From an uncultured Gemmatimonadaceae bacterium (GTDB taxonomy: Bacteria > Gemmatimonadota > Gemmatimonadetes > Gemmatimonadales > Gemmatimonadaceae), in the NCBI GenBank assembly GCA_963751275.1, contig CAVVTZ010000009.1, positions 416,001-480,000 on the forward strand: 64,000 nucleotides of DNA. The letters run 5' to 3'. Of this stretch, positions 1-11,122 are shown in pieces; within the stretch, counting starts at the first letter, position 1, and the number at the start of each line of letters is the position of its first letter. Made by a program: the position numbers and the translations under genes. The notes under the pieces are model-generated. The model worked only from the letters and a program-made list of their open reading frames with translations. It had not been told where the DNA came from and did not search any database.

Positions 1-1005
<1,005 letters not shown>

Positions 1006-1015
1006 GGGAACCTCG

Positions 1016-2325
1016 TCAGGAGACTTTGCGGGTCTTGCGGCGCAGGAAGTCCATCAGGATGAACTGGCCGAGCGTCATGGTGTTCGTGAAGTAGGCCTTG
1101 CCGCGGCGATCTCGGAGACGCGCTTGACGAAGTCCACGAGCGCGCGGTCGCGCGCCAGCATGAAGGTGTTGATCATGATGCCGGCTGCGCCGGCAGGCGG
1201 CCACCTCGCGCAGCGTTGGCCATCACGATCGGCGTCGAGCCCCATCGAGTTCTTGTAGATCCGGCCGTTCGGCATGCGTCAGCGCGGACGGCTTGCCGTC
1301 GGTGATCATGACGATCTGCCGCATGTCCTTCCTCTGCGCGAGCAGGATCCGGCGCGCGAGCTTGAGCCCTTCGGCGGTGTTGGTGTGGTAGGGCCCGACC
1401 TGCGCGTGCGCGAGCTGCGCGAGCGGGATCTCCTCGGCCGAGTCGTGGAAGAGCACCACGCGCAGCGTGTCGCCCGGGAACTGGGTGCGGATCAGGTGGG
1501 TGAGGGCGAGCGCCACCTTCTTGGCCGGGGTGAAGCGGTCCTCGCCGTAGAGGATCATCGAGTGCGAGCAGTCGAGCATGAGCACCGTGGCGCGCGCTCG
1601 AGCGGTACTCGGCCTGGTGCACCATCAGGTCGCCGTACTCGAGGTCGAGCGGCACGCCGAGCGGCCCGTCGCGCTCGAGCGCGTGCAGCAGCGTGGCGAT
1701 GACGTCGAGGTTCATCGTGTCGCCGAACTCGTACGGCTTGCTCGCCGCATCGGCCTCGACGCCGGTCGCGAGGTACGGCGTGTCGTGGCTCCCGAAGCTC
1801 GACTTGCCCGAGCGAGCCGAGCAGGACGCGCAGCGTCGCGGTAGCCGAGGAAGTCGATGCCCTTCTCGGTGAGGCTGAACTGCACGTCCTGCTGCGCGGC
1901 GTGCGCGAGCCCGGCCGTCGGTGCCGGTCGACCTGCTCCTGGCCGGCGGGCATCTGCGGCGGCGCCTGCACGGTCTGAGGTAGCCTTCGTCCACGAGGCG
2001 CTGGATGATGGTCGTCGAGCAGCTTCGGCGAGCTGCGCTGCAGCTGCGTCTCGGCCGCGTCGCCCGTGTCTCGCCGCGCAGCGCCTCGAGCATCTCCGGC
2101 GTGAGCATGCCCGCACTCCATGAGCGCCTGCAGGATGGCCTCGCGCAGCGCCTCCATCGACCGGTCGCCTCGCCTCCTCGCCGGGATCGCCCCACGGGCT
2201 GGTCGGCCGGCGCCGCCGGCGAAGCCCGACTGGAGCAGGAAGTCGGCGAGCTGGTCGAGCAGCGCCTGGAGGTCGACCGCGTCGGCCTGCGCGGGGGAGA
2301 ACTTCTTGTAGCGGTGCTCGCGCAC
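1016..2325 (-). CDS. VWA domain-containing protein (several frameshifts)
   Basis: Pieces across ORFs 1555..3630, 1173..2195, 1223..1585 and 1016..1204: MIDAS-like [28 protein letters not shown] start 2 nt after the ATPase stop. Confidence 0.8.
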
Positions 2326-2327
2326 GC

Positions 2328-3791
2328 TCAGAACTCCGAGGGCGGCCGCCGGCGCTCGGGCGCCGCGGCGCGGCCGTACCGCCCCGATTCGGAGCGCGAG
2401 ATCTTCCGGCGCGCGACGAGCGCCTCGAGCGCGAGCTCGCACGCCGCCGCGACGGTGGGCGCATCGCCGTCGTCCGCGAGGCCGGCCTCGGCGATCAGGT
2501 CGATCAGCCCCGGCACGCGCGCGAAGCCCTCCACCATCGCGCCCGACGACACGTCGTCCATCACCTGCAGCATGTTGCCGGTGTCGAACCACATCACGAT
2601 GTCGTCGGTGTTCTTGCCGCCGGCGCTCTCCTGGAACGTGGCATCCGACGCGCGGCGGATCAGCTCCTGCGCGATCACGTGCCCGCCCACCAGCTCGCCC
2701 TCGTACTCGAGCTCGATCTTCCCGGTGATCGCCGGCAGCGCCGCGTACACATCCGACACGCGCGGCACCACGTCGCATTCGCCCGTGAGCGCCGCGCGGC
2801 GCTCGGCGTTCGAGATCGCGTTCTCCAGCACCGAGATCGGCATGCGCTGCGACACGCCGGAACGCTTGTCGATGCGCTTGTCGATCGCGCGCCTCGAACG
2901 CGACTGCGCTCGACGATCTCCGCGCATGAAGGCCGGCACGCGCACCGGCAGCGCGCCGCGCTGCGTCCACGCCTCCTGCGCCGTGATCGCGACGCCCAGC
3001 TGCCACGTCCGCCGGGTAGTGCGTGCGGATCTCCGCAGCCGATCCGGTCCTTGAGCGGGGTGATGATCTTGCCGCGCGCCGTGTAGTCCTCGGGATTCGC
3101 GGTGAAGACAGAGCAGCACGTCGAGCGGCAGCCGCACCGGATAGCCTTTGATCTGGACGTCGCCTTCCTGCATGATGTTGAACAGGCCCACCTGGATCTT
3201 GCCGGCGAGGTCGGGCAGCTCGTTGATGCGCGAAGATGCCGCGGTTGGCGCGCGGCAGCAGGCCGTAGTGCATCGTCAGCTCGTCGGCCAGGTTATGGCC
3301 GCCGCGCGCCGCCTTGATCGGATCGATGTCGCCGATGATGTCCGCGATCGTGACGTCGGGGGTCGCGAGCTTCTCGACGTAGCGCTGGTCGCGGCGCGAT
3401 CCACGCGATGGGCGTGTCGTCGCCCTCGCGCGGCGATGCAGCGTCGCGGCAGACTTCGCAGATCGGCGCGAACGGGTTGTCGTTGATCTCGCAGCCCGGC
3501 GACGATCGGGATCTGCTCGTCGAGCAGCGTCGGCGAGCGCGCGCAGGATGCGCGACTTCGCCTGGCCGCGCAGGCCGAGCAGAATGAAGTTGTGCCGCGA
3601 CAGCATCGCGTTCACGATCTGCGGGATCACGGAGTCGTCGTACCCGATGACGCCGGGGAAGACCGGTCCGCCCTTCGCGAGCCGGATGAGCAGGTTCGCG
3701 CGACTTCGTCGCGCACGGAGCGCGCGGCGAGTTGCGGGGCGGCGAAGGGGGAGCGCTTGAGCGCGCCGAGGGTGGTGGGGAGAGGGGCCAC
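2328..3791 (-). CDS. Magnesium-chelatase/MoxR-like AAA+ ATPase (several frameshifts)
   Basis: Walker-A-like [65 protein letters not shown] before GTG 3791. Confidence 0.82.
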
Positions 3792-3976
3792 GGAAAGCTC
3801 CGGTACGGTGGGGCGGGGGAGATTCAGATTACCTCTCTGACACTGCGGCGCGCTAGAGTGCTGCCGACTGCGCGTGTGGTCGTTGACGTGTGGCGAGGGC
3901 GGTGGCCCGCATTGACAGCGCCCGCGCGGCCGCGGAACGTAGTCTCCGCGCGAGCCCCCTTCCCCGCAGGGATGCC

Positions 3977-4471
3977 ATGGACGACACCGCCCTTTACGTC
4001 ACGTCGGCCCACGAGATCGGCTGGGGGCTGTTGCTCGTCGCCCTCTCGCTCGGGATGCATGCGATCGGGATGATCACCACGCTCCGATCGCACGCCAGTT
4101 ACAAGGACCGGTTCGACCGGAACCCGACGCTCCTGCGCGGCATGATCGGCCTGATCCTCGCGAGCTGGATGATCCTGGCCGTGCACCTCTCCGAGGTGCT
4201 CGTGTGGGCAGCGTTCTTCCAGTGGAAGGAGTGCTTCCCGAACCTGAGCATCGCGATCTACTTCGCGCTTGACGAGTACACCACCGTGGGCAGTCCGCTC
4301 GATCTGCCGAGCAATTGGCGCCTGTTGGAGGGGATGATCGCGACCGCGGGGCTGCTGGGGTTCGCGTGGAGCACGGGGGTGCTGTTCTCGCTGGCGTCGA
4401 CGTTCCAGGAGAATCAATTGAAGCGCCTGACGGCGCGGCACGCGAAGAAGTCTTCCCCTGGGTCCGAGTAG
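3977..4471 (+). CDS. Small ion-channel-like membrane protein (Ion_trans_2/K+ channel-like, degenerate filter)
   Basis: Hydrophobic helices plus pore-like YFALDEYTTVGS..LP..WRLLEGM followed by a TM helix. ATG 3977 preferred over the track start at 3890. Confidence 0.65.
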   Translation: MDDTALYVTSAHEIGWGLLLVALSLGMHAIGMITTLRSHASYKDRFDRNPTLLRGMIGLILASWMILAVHLSEVLVWAAFFQWKECFPNLSIAIYFALDEYTTVGSPLDLPSNWRLLEGMIATAGLLGFAWSTGVLFSLASTFQENQLKRLTARHAKKSSPGSE

Positions 4472-4483
4472 TCTCACTTCATC

Positions 4484-4902
4484 GCGGGGCCGGTCGCGGC
4501 GCCGCCCTCGTGCTCGCCGCCTTGACGCGCTTACACGCGTCGAGCTTCGCGGCTGGACTGCGCCGCGAATCTCTCGCTACGCGCGACGGCGGCTGCGCCT
4601 CGGACGGCCCCGCTCCCTGACGTCGATCACGAATGCTCCGGCGGTCAGCGCGCGTGAGCGTCTCGAGGCAGACGACCTCGCGGGCGCCCAGCGCAGAGAC
4701 AGATATCGGGCTTGCTCGCCTGGCCACATGATGCGCGCGAGAGGAGATCGGCCCGCCAGCGCACTGCCGTTCTCGATCCCCAGGCGGGCGGCGCGCTCCT
4801 GAGCGCGGCCTCGGCGAGAAGCGAGAGATTCGCGGCGCTGTTCAGCCGCGAAGCTCGAAGCGGTTCGAGCGTCGGCCGCTGCGAAGGAGCGCGCCGCCCG
4901 CC
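4484..4902. repeat. Two inverted ~120-130 bp hairpin units sharing a 39-bp core
   Basis: 4540-4578 TCGAGCTTCGCGGCTGGACTGCGCCGCGAATCTCTCGCT is the reverse complement of 4820-4858 with 2 mismatches. Units are closed by their own IRs (4484-4491/4606-4613; 4783-4800/4885-4902). Confidence 0.8.
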
Positions 4903-4952
4903 GGACGCGCGCGATGCAGCGTGCGGTTTGCCTACTCGCCACTCGCCGCGGA

Positions 4953-7065
4953 TCAGTCGGCCAGCGAAACTTCCACGAGATTGTCGTAGAACACCGGACC
5001 GTGCCCGAGGTCCGTCTCCTGCTGCGACGTGGTTTGGTTCGCGTTCCGCCCGTCCACCGCGTACTTCCCCCACCAGAATGCTTGGCGCCCACACCGTGGC
5101 CGTGCGCACCGCGTCGGACACCTTCGCCGTCGCGAGGAACTCGCCGCGGTCGTTGTGCACGCGCACCCGCGCCCCCGTCGCGATCTCGCGCGGCGCGGCG
5201 TCGTCCGGATGGATCATCAGCTCCGGCTCGCGCGCGGCGCGGCGCAGCACGTCCACGTTCACGAACGTCGTGTTCAGGAACTGGTGCGCCGGCGAACTCA
5301 CGAGCGTGAGCGGGAAACGCCCCGCCAGCTCCGGCGCCGACTCGGGGAACTCGCGCGGCGCCGTGAAATCGGGCAGCGCGTCGAAGCCCAACTCCACCAT
5401 CCGTTCCGATCTGAACTCGCATTTCCCGCTCGGCGTGAGGAACTTCCCCTCCGCGAATGGGAGATACGGCCGCGGCACGTTCAGCCGCGCCCAGCCATGC
5501 TCGAGCAGCTTCTCGAACGTCACGCCCTTGAGCTTGTCCTTGCCGCTCGCGAGCGCCTGGCGAATGAGCGTCACGTCGTCGTCCTTCATCGCGGCGTGGG
5601 TGATGCCGAGCTTCGCCGCGATCAGCCGGAAGATCTCGCTATTCGGCTTGCTCTCGCCCACCGGCGCGATCGCGGGGCGGTTGAGCGTCACGTAGTGATG
5701 CCCGTATGAGAGATGCACGTCCCAGTGCTCGAGCTGCGTGGTCGCGGGGAGCACGATGTCGGCCCAGTCCGCGGTGTCGGTCTGGAAATGCTCGAGCACC
5801 ACCGTGAACAGGTCATCGCGCGCCAATCCGCGCAGCACCTCGTTGCGGTCGGGCGCGACGGCGGCCGGGTTCGAGTTGTACACGACGAGCGCCTTCACCG
5901 GCGGCCCGCCCACGCCGGCATCGGGCCGCGTGAGCGCCTCGCCCAGCTTGATCATGTTGATCGTGCGCACCGGCGGCGACAGCGCCGGCCGCTCGAGCGC
6001 CGCCTTGTCGAACTCGAAGTTCGCGCTCGAACTGAGCTGCACGCCGCCGCCCGCGCGCCGCCAATGCCCGGTGACGGCGGGCAAGCACGCGATGGTGCGC
6101 ACCGCCATGCCGCCGCCATAGTGGCGCTGCAATCCGTAATTCACGCGAATGAACGCCGCCTTCGCGCGCCCATAGCGCCGGCCGAGCGACACGATCGTCT
6201 CCACGTCGAGCCCGGTGATCGACGCCGCGCGCTCCGGCGTCCACTCCGCCGCGCGCGCGCGCATCTCCTCCGCGCCCAGCGTGTGCCGGGCCAGGAAGTC
6301 GTCGTCCTGCAGCCCCTCCGCGAACACGACGTGCATCATCGCGAGCGCGAGCGCCGCGTCGGTGCCCGGCCGGATGCCGATCCACGCGTCGCACTGCTCG
6401 GCGGTGCGCGTGCGCAACGGGTCGATCGCGATCACGAGCGCGCCCTGCTTTCGCGCTTCGAGCACGAACGGCCACAGGTGCGGATTGGCGGTGAGCGTGT
6501 TCGTTCCCCAGAGCAGCACCAGGTCGCTCGACGGGATCCCTTCGGGGTCCGCGCCAATGTTCGCGCCGACGGTCATCCGCATGCCCACGGTGCCGGCGAT
6601 GGAGCAGATCGTGCGGTCGAGCTTCGACGCGCCGAGCAGATGGAAGAAGCGGCGGTCCATGGAATTCCCCTGGACGATGCCCATCGTGCCGGCGTACGAG
6701 TACGGCAGGATCGCTTGCGCGCCATCCGCGGAGCGGATCACCGCGCCGAGCCGGGCCGCCACCGTGGTGAGCGCCTCGTCCCACGAGATGCGCTCGAACT
6801 TCCCTGAACCTTTGGGGCCGCTGCGCTTGAGCGGCGTCGTGAGGCGCTCGGCGTGATACGTGCGGTCGATGTACCGGTTCACTTTGGTGCAGAGGAATCC
6901 GGCGGTGAACGGGTGGTCCGGGTCGCCCGCGACCTTCACCGCCTTCCCGTGCTCGACCGTCACCAACATCGCGCACGTGTCCGGACAATCGTGCGGGCAC
7001 GCGGCGCGCACGATGCCGGTGTCGGGAGGCGGGCTGGTGGGATCGAGGGCGAGCGAGCTGGCCAT
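4953..7065 (-). CDS. Molybdopterin oxidoreductase (DMSO reductase family), frameshift near 5077
   Basis: CPHDCPDTC...LCTKV Fe-S motif, ADIVLPATTQLE, C-terminal MopB dinucleotide-binding domain. True C-terminus (..WWGKYAVDGRNANQTTSQQETDLGHGPVFYDNLVEVSLAD*) is in a shifted frame ending at 4953. Confidence 0.9.
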
Positions 7066-7281
7066 GACGTCCGGGCGTGGGCGCGAGGGAACCGGTCGGG
7101 ACCTCTTTCATAGTACCGACGCGGGCCGTCTCAAGCCACCCGGAATGCGTCTGCGAGGCCCTGCGGGGCCCGGAGCTTGCGTCGGGGCCGGCAATGACCG
7201 AAATTGCGTTGTTGCCCCGGCCCGCTTTTCGACGCGAGATCCGGAGCCACGTCGAAGCGCCGCAGCTGGTTGCGCGGTGTC

Positions 7282-7309
7282 TTGACAGCACTACCGGATG
7301 TCGTAGTAT
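7282..7309 (+). promoter_or_regulatory. Sigma70-type promoter for the small lipoprotein
   Basis: TTGACA (7282-7287), 16-nt spacer, TAGTAT (7304-7309); AGGAG SD downstream. Confidence 0.6.
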
Positions 7310-7396
7310 TCGACCCGATTACACTCCCGGCATTGCAGCGTGCGTGCTCGGAAGGCAGTACCAGGCTGGTTCCGCCCCCTCTCCAGGAGATGTCTC

Positions 7397-7651
7397 ATGA
7401 AGCGCGTTGCCGTTATCGCTGCGGTGTTGGCTGTTGCCGCCTGCAAAGGAAAGGAAGCTCCCTCCGTGGACTCCATCCCGAAGATGGCCCCCGCGGCCGC
7501 TGCGGCCGCCGACACGGCGATGAAGAAGATGGACACCGCCATGAAGATGGCTGACACCGCCATGAAGAAGATGGACACGGCGATGAAGAAGGGCTCGGAC
7601 GCCATGAAGAAGGCCGCTCCGACGCCGCCGCCCCCGGCGAAGAAGCCGTAA
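7397..7651 (+). CDS. Small Met/Lys-rich heptad-repeat lipoprotein (84 aa)
   Basis: AGGAG SD; signal peptide with lipobox VAAC; five DTAMKKx-like units (21-bp DNA repeats, 7511-7615); own promoter and terminator. Confidence 0.85.
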   Translation: MKRVAVIAAVLAVAACKGKEAPSVDSIPKMAPAAAAAADTAMKKMDTAMKMADTAMKKMDTAMKKGSDAMKKAAPTPPPPAKKP

Positions 7652-7668
7652 CGTCGGGTCGCACCGCA

Positions 7669-7709
7669 ATGCGAAGGGCGCAGCGTTCATCGCTGCGCCC
7701 TTTTCGCAT
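7669..7709 (+). terminator. Intrinsic terminator hairpin, probably bidirectional
   Basis: AAGGGCGCAGCG-TTCAT-CGCTGCGCCCTT followed by TT, between convergent genes. Confidence 0.75.
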
Positions 7710-7729
7710 CCTGGTCTCTCCAACGTCCG

Positions 7730-8749
7730 CTACGCCGCGTTGCGCCGCCGCGCGCGGTGCTCCTTCCACCACCGGAACGCCTCCGGCATCCCCGCTTCCG
7801 GCCGCACCGGCGGCGACCAGCCCAACTCCCGGCGCGCGCGCTCCGAGGTGAACGGATTGTCGCGGCTCATGAAATCGAGCGCGCTCAAGAGATCGCCCGC
7901 GAGCACCTCGCGCCCCGCGACGCGCAGACCGGCCGCCGCCGTGCGAAAGCTCGCGCGCGCGAGCGCCAGCGGCACCGGCAGCCGTGCCACGTGGCGCCCC
8001 AGCCCCAGTGCGGCGAGGCGCACGAACTCCGCCGCCGTCACGTCGTAGTCGTTCGCCAAATTGTACGCGCGGCCGCCGGCCGCATCGATGGCGACGGCGC
8101 GCACCGCGCCGTCCGCCACCGCCGCCGCGTGCACGATCGCCATCACGGCGCGCCCCCCGCCGAACACCGGGAAGTATCCGCGCCGCATGATCCGCGCGGC
8201 GCGCGGCACGAACTGCCGGTCGTAGCGTCCGTAGATCACATCGGGGCGCACGGTGCATCCCCAGATCCGCCCCGCCGCGTGCGCATTGAGCACGAGCAGG
8301 TCCGCCGCGCGCTTCGACCGCGCGTAGTGCGTCCCCTCGGTGAGCGGCGCGAGCGGCGTCTCCTCATCTGTGGGCGCGCTCCGGTACCGCGCGTCGCCGC
8401 CGTACACGGCCACACTGCTCACGTGCAGCAGCCGCGCGTGGCTCGACTCGGCGGCCGCGATCGCGTTGCGCGTGCCTTCGATGTTCGCCGCTTCGAACAG
8501 CGGCCAGCCGCCGTCCGAGGTGACGAGCGCCGCCGCGTGGAAGATCGCATCGCAACCGCCGGCGGCCGCCGCGAGACGCGCGCGGTCCATGATGTCGCCG
8601 CCCACGAGCGTCGCGCCCAGCGGCTCGAGCCAGCCCGCGGTCACCGGCGCGCGGACCAGCGCGCGCACATCCCAACCATCCGCGGCGAGACGCTCCACCA
8701 GATAGGCGCCCACCTGCCCGGTGGCGCCCGTGACCAGCGCGCGCTTCAC
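7730..8749 (-). CDS. NAD-dependent epimerase/dehydratase (extended SDR)
   Basis: VTGATGQVG Rossmann motif, HVSSVAVYG, YARSK (YxxxK); GTG overlaps the upstream stop. Confidence 0.9.
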   Translation of the reverse strand: MKRALVTGATGQVGAYLVERLAADGWDVRALVRAPVTAGWLEPLGATLVGGDIMDRARLAAAAGGCDAIFHAAALVTSDGGWPLFEAANIEGTRNAIAAAESSHARLLHVSSVAVYGGDARYRSAPTDEETPLAPLTEGTHYARSKRAADLLVLNAHAAGRIWGCTVRPDVIYGRYDRQFVPRAARIMRRGYFPVFGGGRAVMAIVHAAAVADGAVRAVAIDAAGGRAYNLANDYDVTAAEFVRLAALGLGRHVARLPVPLALARASFRTAAAGLRVAGREVLAGDLLSALDFMSRDNPFTSERARRELGWSPPVRPEAGMPEAFRWWKEHRARRRNAA

Positions 8750-9819
8750 TACAGCGGCAGCGGGAGCGCCGAGACCTTCGCGCTCACCTTCCCTCCATCC
8801 CATTGCAGCGTGACATCGGTGCCGGTCTCGACCTCGCGGCGGATCATGCCCATCGCCACCGCGCCGAGGCGCGGAGAGAGCGCACTGGACCGCACCTCGC
8901 CCACCTGCTCGCCGTTGGTCGCGAGCACCGCCGCGCCCTCGGGCGCCGGTTCCGACTTGCCGGCCATGAGGCCGCGCAGGTGCTTGTTCACGTGGCCGCG
9001 GAAATGCACGCGCGCCACCACCTCCTGTCCCACGTAGCAGCCCTTCGTGTAGGAGATCGCGTGCAGCGTGTCGAAATTCGCTTCCTGCGGGATCGTGCTC
9101 TCGTCCATGTCCACGCCCCATTCGGGACGGCCGGCCTCGATGCGCGCGATCTCCCACGCGTGCAGTCCCGCGGGCGTGGCGCCCAGGCCGAGCAGCTTCT
9201 GCCAGATCACCGAGAACCCATCGCTCGGGACGAACAGCTCGTACCCCTCGAGCTCGAGCTCGGGCGAGCGGATCACCATCACGATCTGACCGCCCACGTC
9301 GACCGACGTGTGCGCGTACACCGGCAGCGCCGCGAGCGCGTCCGGCGGCAGCGACACCAGCGAGGCGACGATCCGCCGCGACGTCGCACCGAACACGCCG
9401 ATCGCGCGCAGCGCGCCCGTCTCGTCCTTGCTCGGCGCCAACTGCGGGTTGATGAATTTCTTGATCATCGCCTGCCACCCCGCGTACGCGCGCGGCGGCG
9501 CATCCACCACCAGCGCGCCCTCGCGCGCGAAGATGCGCACGTCGGCGACGATCTTCCCCTTGGGCGTGAGCGCGGCCGCATACAGCCCCTGGCCCGGCAG
9601 CAGCGCGGCGACGTCGTTCGTGACGAGGCCCGTCACCAGCTCGGCGGCCTTCGGCCCCTCGAGGCGCATGCGGCCGCGCGCGCTGCGATCCACGAGCATC
9701 GCGCCCGAACGCAGCGCGTTGTACTCGGCGGCAATGTTGCCGTAGTGCAGCGTCACCGGGTGGCCCGCGACGGTGCCGAGGGCCGGGAAGCTGCCGGAGA
9801 GGATCGAACTGGCGGTCAT
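8749..9819 (-). CDS. ygfZ: YgfZ/GcvT-family folate-binding protein
   Basis: KGCYVGQEVVAR signature of YgfZ; GcvT-like N-terminus. Confidence 0.85.
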   Translation of the reverse strand: MTASSILSGSFPALGTVAGHPVTLHYGNIAAEYNALRSGAMLVDRSARGRMRLEGPKAAELVTGLVTNDVAALLPGQGLYAAALTPKGKIVADVRIFAREGALVVDAPPRAYAGWQAMIKKFINPQLAPSKDETGALRAIGVFGATSRRIVASLVSLPPDALAALPVYAHTSVDVGGQIVMVIRSPELELEGYELFVPSDGFSVIWQKLLGLGATPAGLHAWEIARIEAGRPEWGVDMDESTIPQEANFDTLHAISYTKGCYVGQEVVARVHFRGHVNKHLRGLMAGKSEPAPEGAAVLATNGEQVGEVRSSALSPRLGAVAMGMIRREVETGTDVTLQWDGGKVSAKVSALPLPL

Positions 9820-9852
9820 GTATCTAAAGTAGTGTCGCTCCGGGGCGGTGCG

Positions 9853-11122
9853 CTACGCCTTGGCCGGCCGCTGAGACACCGAATACGACGCGTCGAGCAG
9901 CTCCACCGGGTGCACGACCCGTGCCGCCGATCCCGAGCGGATGAGCCCGGCGCCGATCTGCATCTGGCAGCCCGGATTCCCGGTGGCCACGAGGCGCGCG
10001 CCGGTGGCGGCGATGTGCGCGAGCTTGGGCGCCAGCACGGCCGCGGCGATCTCCGGCTGCACGAGGTTGTAGACGCCGGCGCTGCCGCAGCACTGGTCGG
10101 CGTCGGTGAGCGGGACGAGCGTGATTCCTGGAATGGCGGCGAGCACGGTGAGTGGCGGCGCGGCGACGCGCTGCGCGTGGATCAGGTGGCAGGGCGCGTC
10201 GTAGGTGACGACATCCTCGAGCGGTCCGCCGGCGCCGCGGTCCGGCGGCGGCGAGCAGTTCGCTCACGTCCTTGACCTTCGACGCGAACGCGGCGGCACG
10301 CGCGCTCCATTCGGGATCGGCGGTGAGCAGGCGGCCATACTCCTTCATCATCGCGCCGCAGCCCGCGGCGTCCACGGCGATGAACTCCGCGCCGCTGCGC
10401 TCGAAGGCATCGATCGCCGCCCGCGCGAGCTCGCGCGCCGTATCCGCGGCGCCGGCGTGGGCGTGGAGTGCGCCGCAACACCCGGCGCCCGGCGCGGCCA
10501 CCATGGTGTAGTCGTTCACAGTGAGCGCGCGCTCCGCCGCCGCGTGAACGTGCGCGAAGAGGCCGTTCATCACGCATCCACGCAGCAACGCGACGCGCCC
10601 CCGCGCGCCGCTGCCGCGCGCATCATACCCTGCGTCCGGGAGCGTTCGCGCACTCGCAGACAACATCGCCATCGGGAATGAGACCCTGGCGAACAACCTC
10701 GCGAGCCCGCTCGCGCGAACGAGCCGCGCGAAGAACATGACCCCCGCGAGCACCTTCGGCCGGGCGATGATCCATAACAGCAGGCGCTCGGCGATAGGCG
10801 CTCGGCGCTCGGCGGCTCCGCGTGCATGGAGGGTTTCTCGCGCCGCCTCGAGCGCCGCTCCGTATGGAACGCCGGAGGGACACGCGGTCTCGCAGGCGCG
10901 GCATCCCAGGCACCGGTCGAGGTGCGTGGACAGCGCCTCGTCATCGAGTGCGAGCGTGCCGTCGATCGCGGCGCGCATGAGCACGATGCGGCCGCGCGGC
11001 GAATCGTTCTCGTCGCCGAGCGCGAGATACGTGGGGCAGGATTGCAGGCAGAATCCGCAGTGCACGCACTGCATCAGTCCCGGCAGCGCGCCGGCGAGTG
11101 GAGTCCCGGTGGCGCCGCTCAT
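9853..11122 (-). CDS. glcF: Glycolate oxidase Fe-S subunit (frameshift near 10220)
   Basis: CVHCGFCLQSCP and CLGCRACETACP ferredoxin motifs; two CCG domains (CCGALH, CCGSAG, NPGCQMQI). Confidence 0.88.

Noticed and set aside
1555..3630. ATPase-VWA fusion ORF
   Set aside because: A patchwork of frames from multiple indels. The ATPase has its own stop at 2328.
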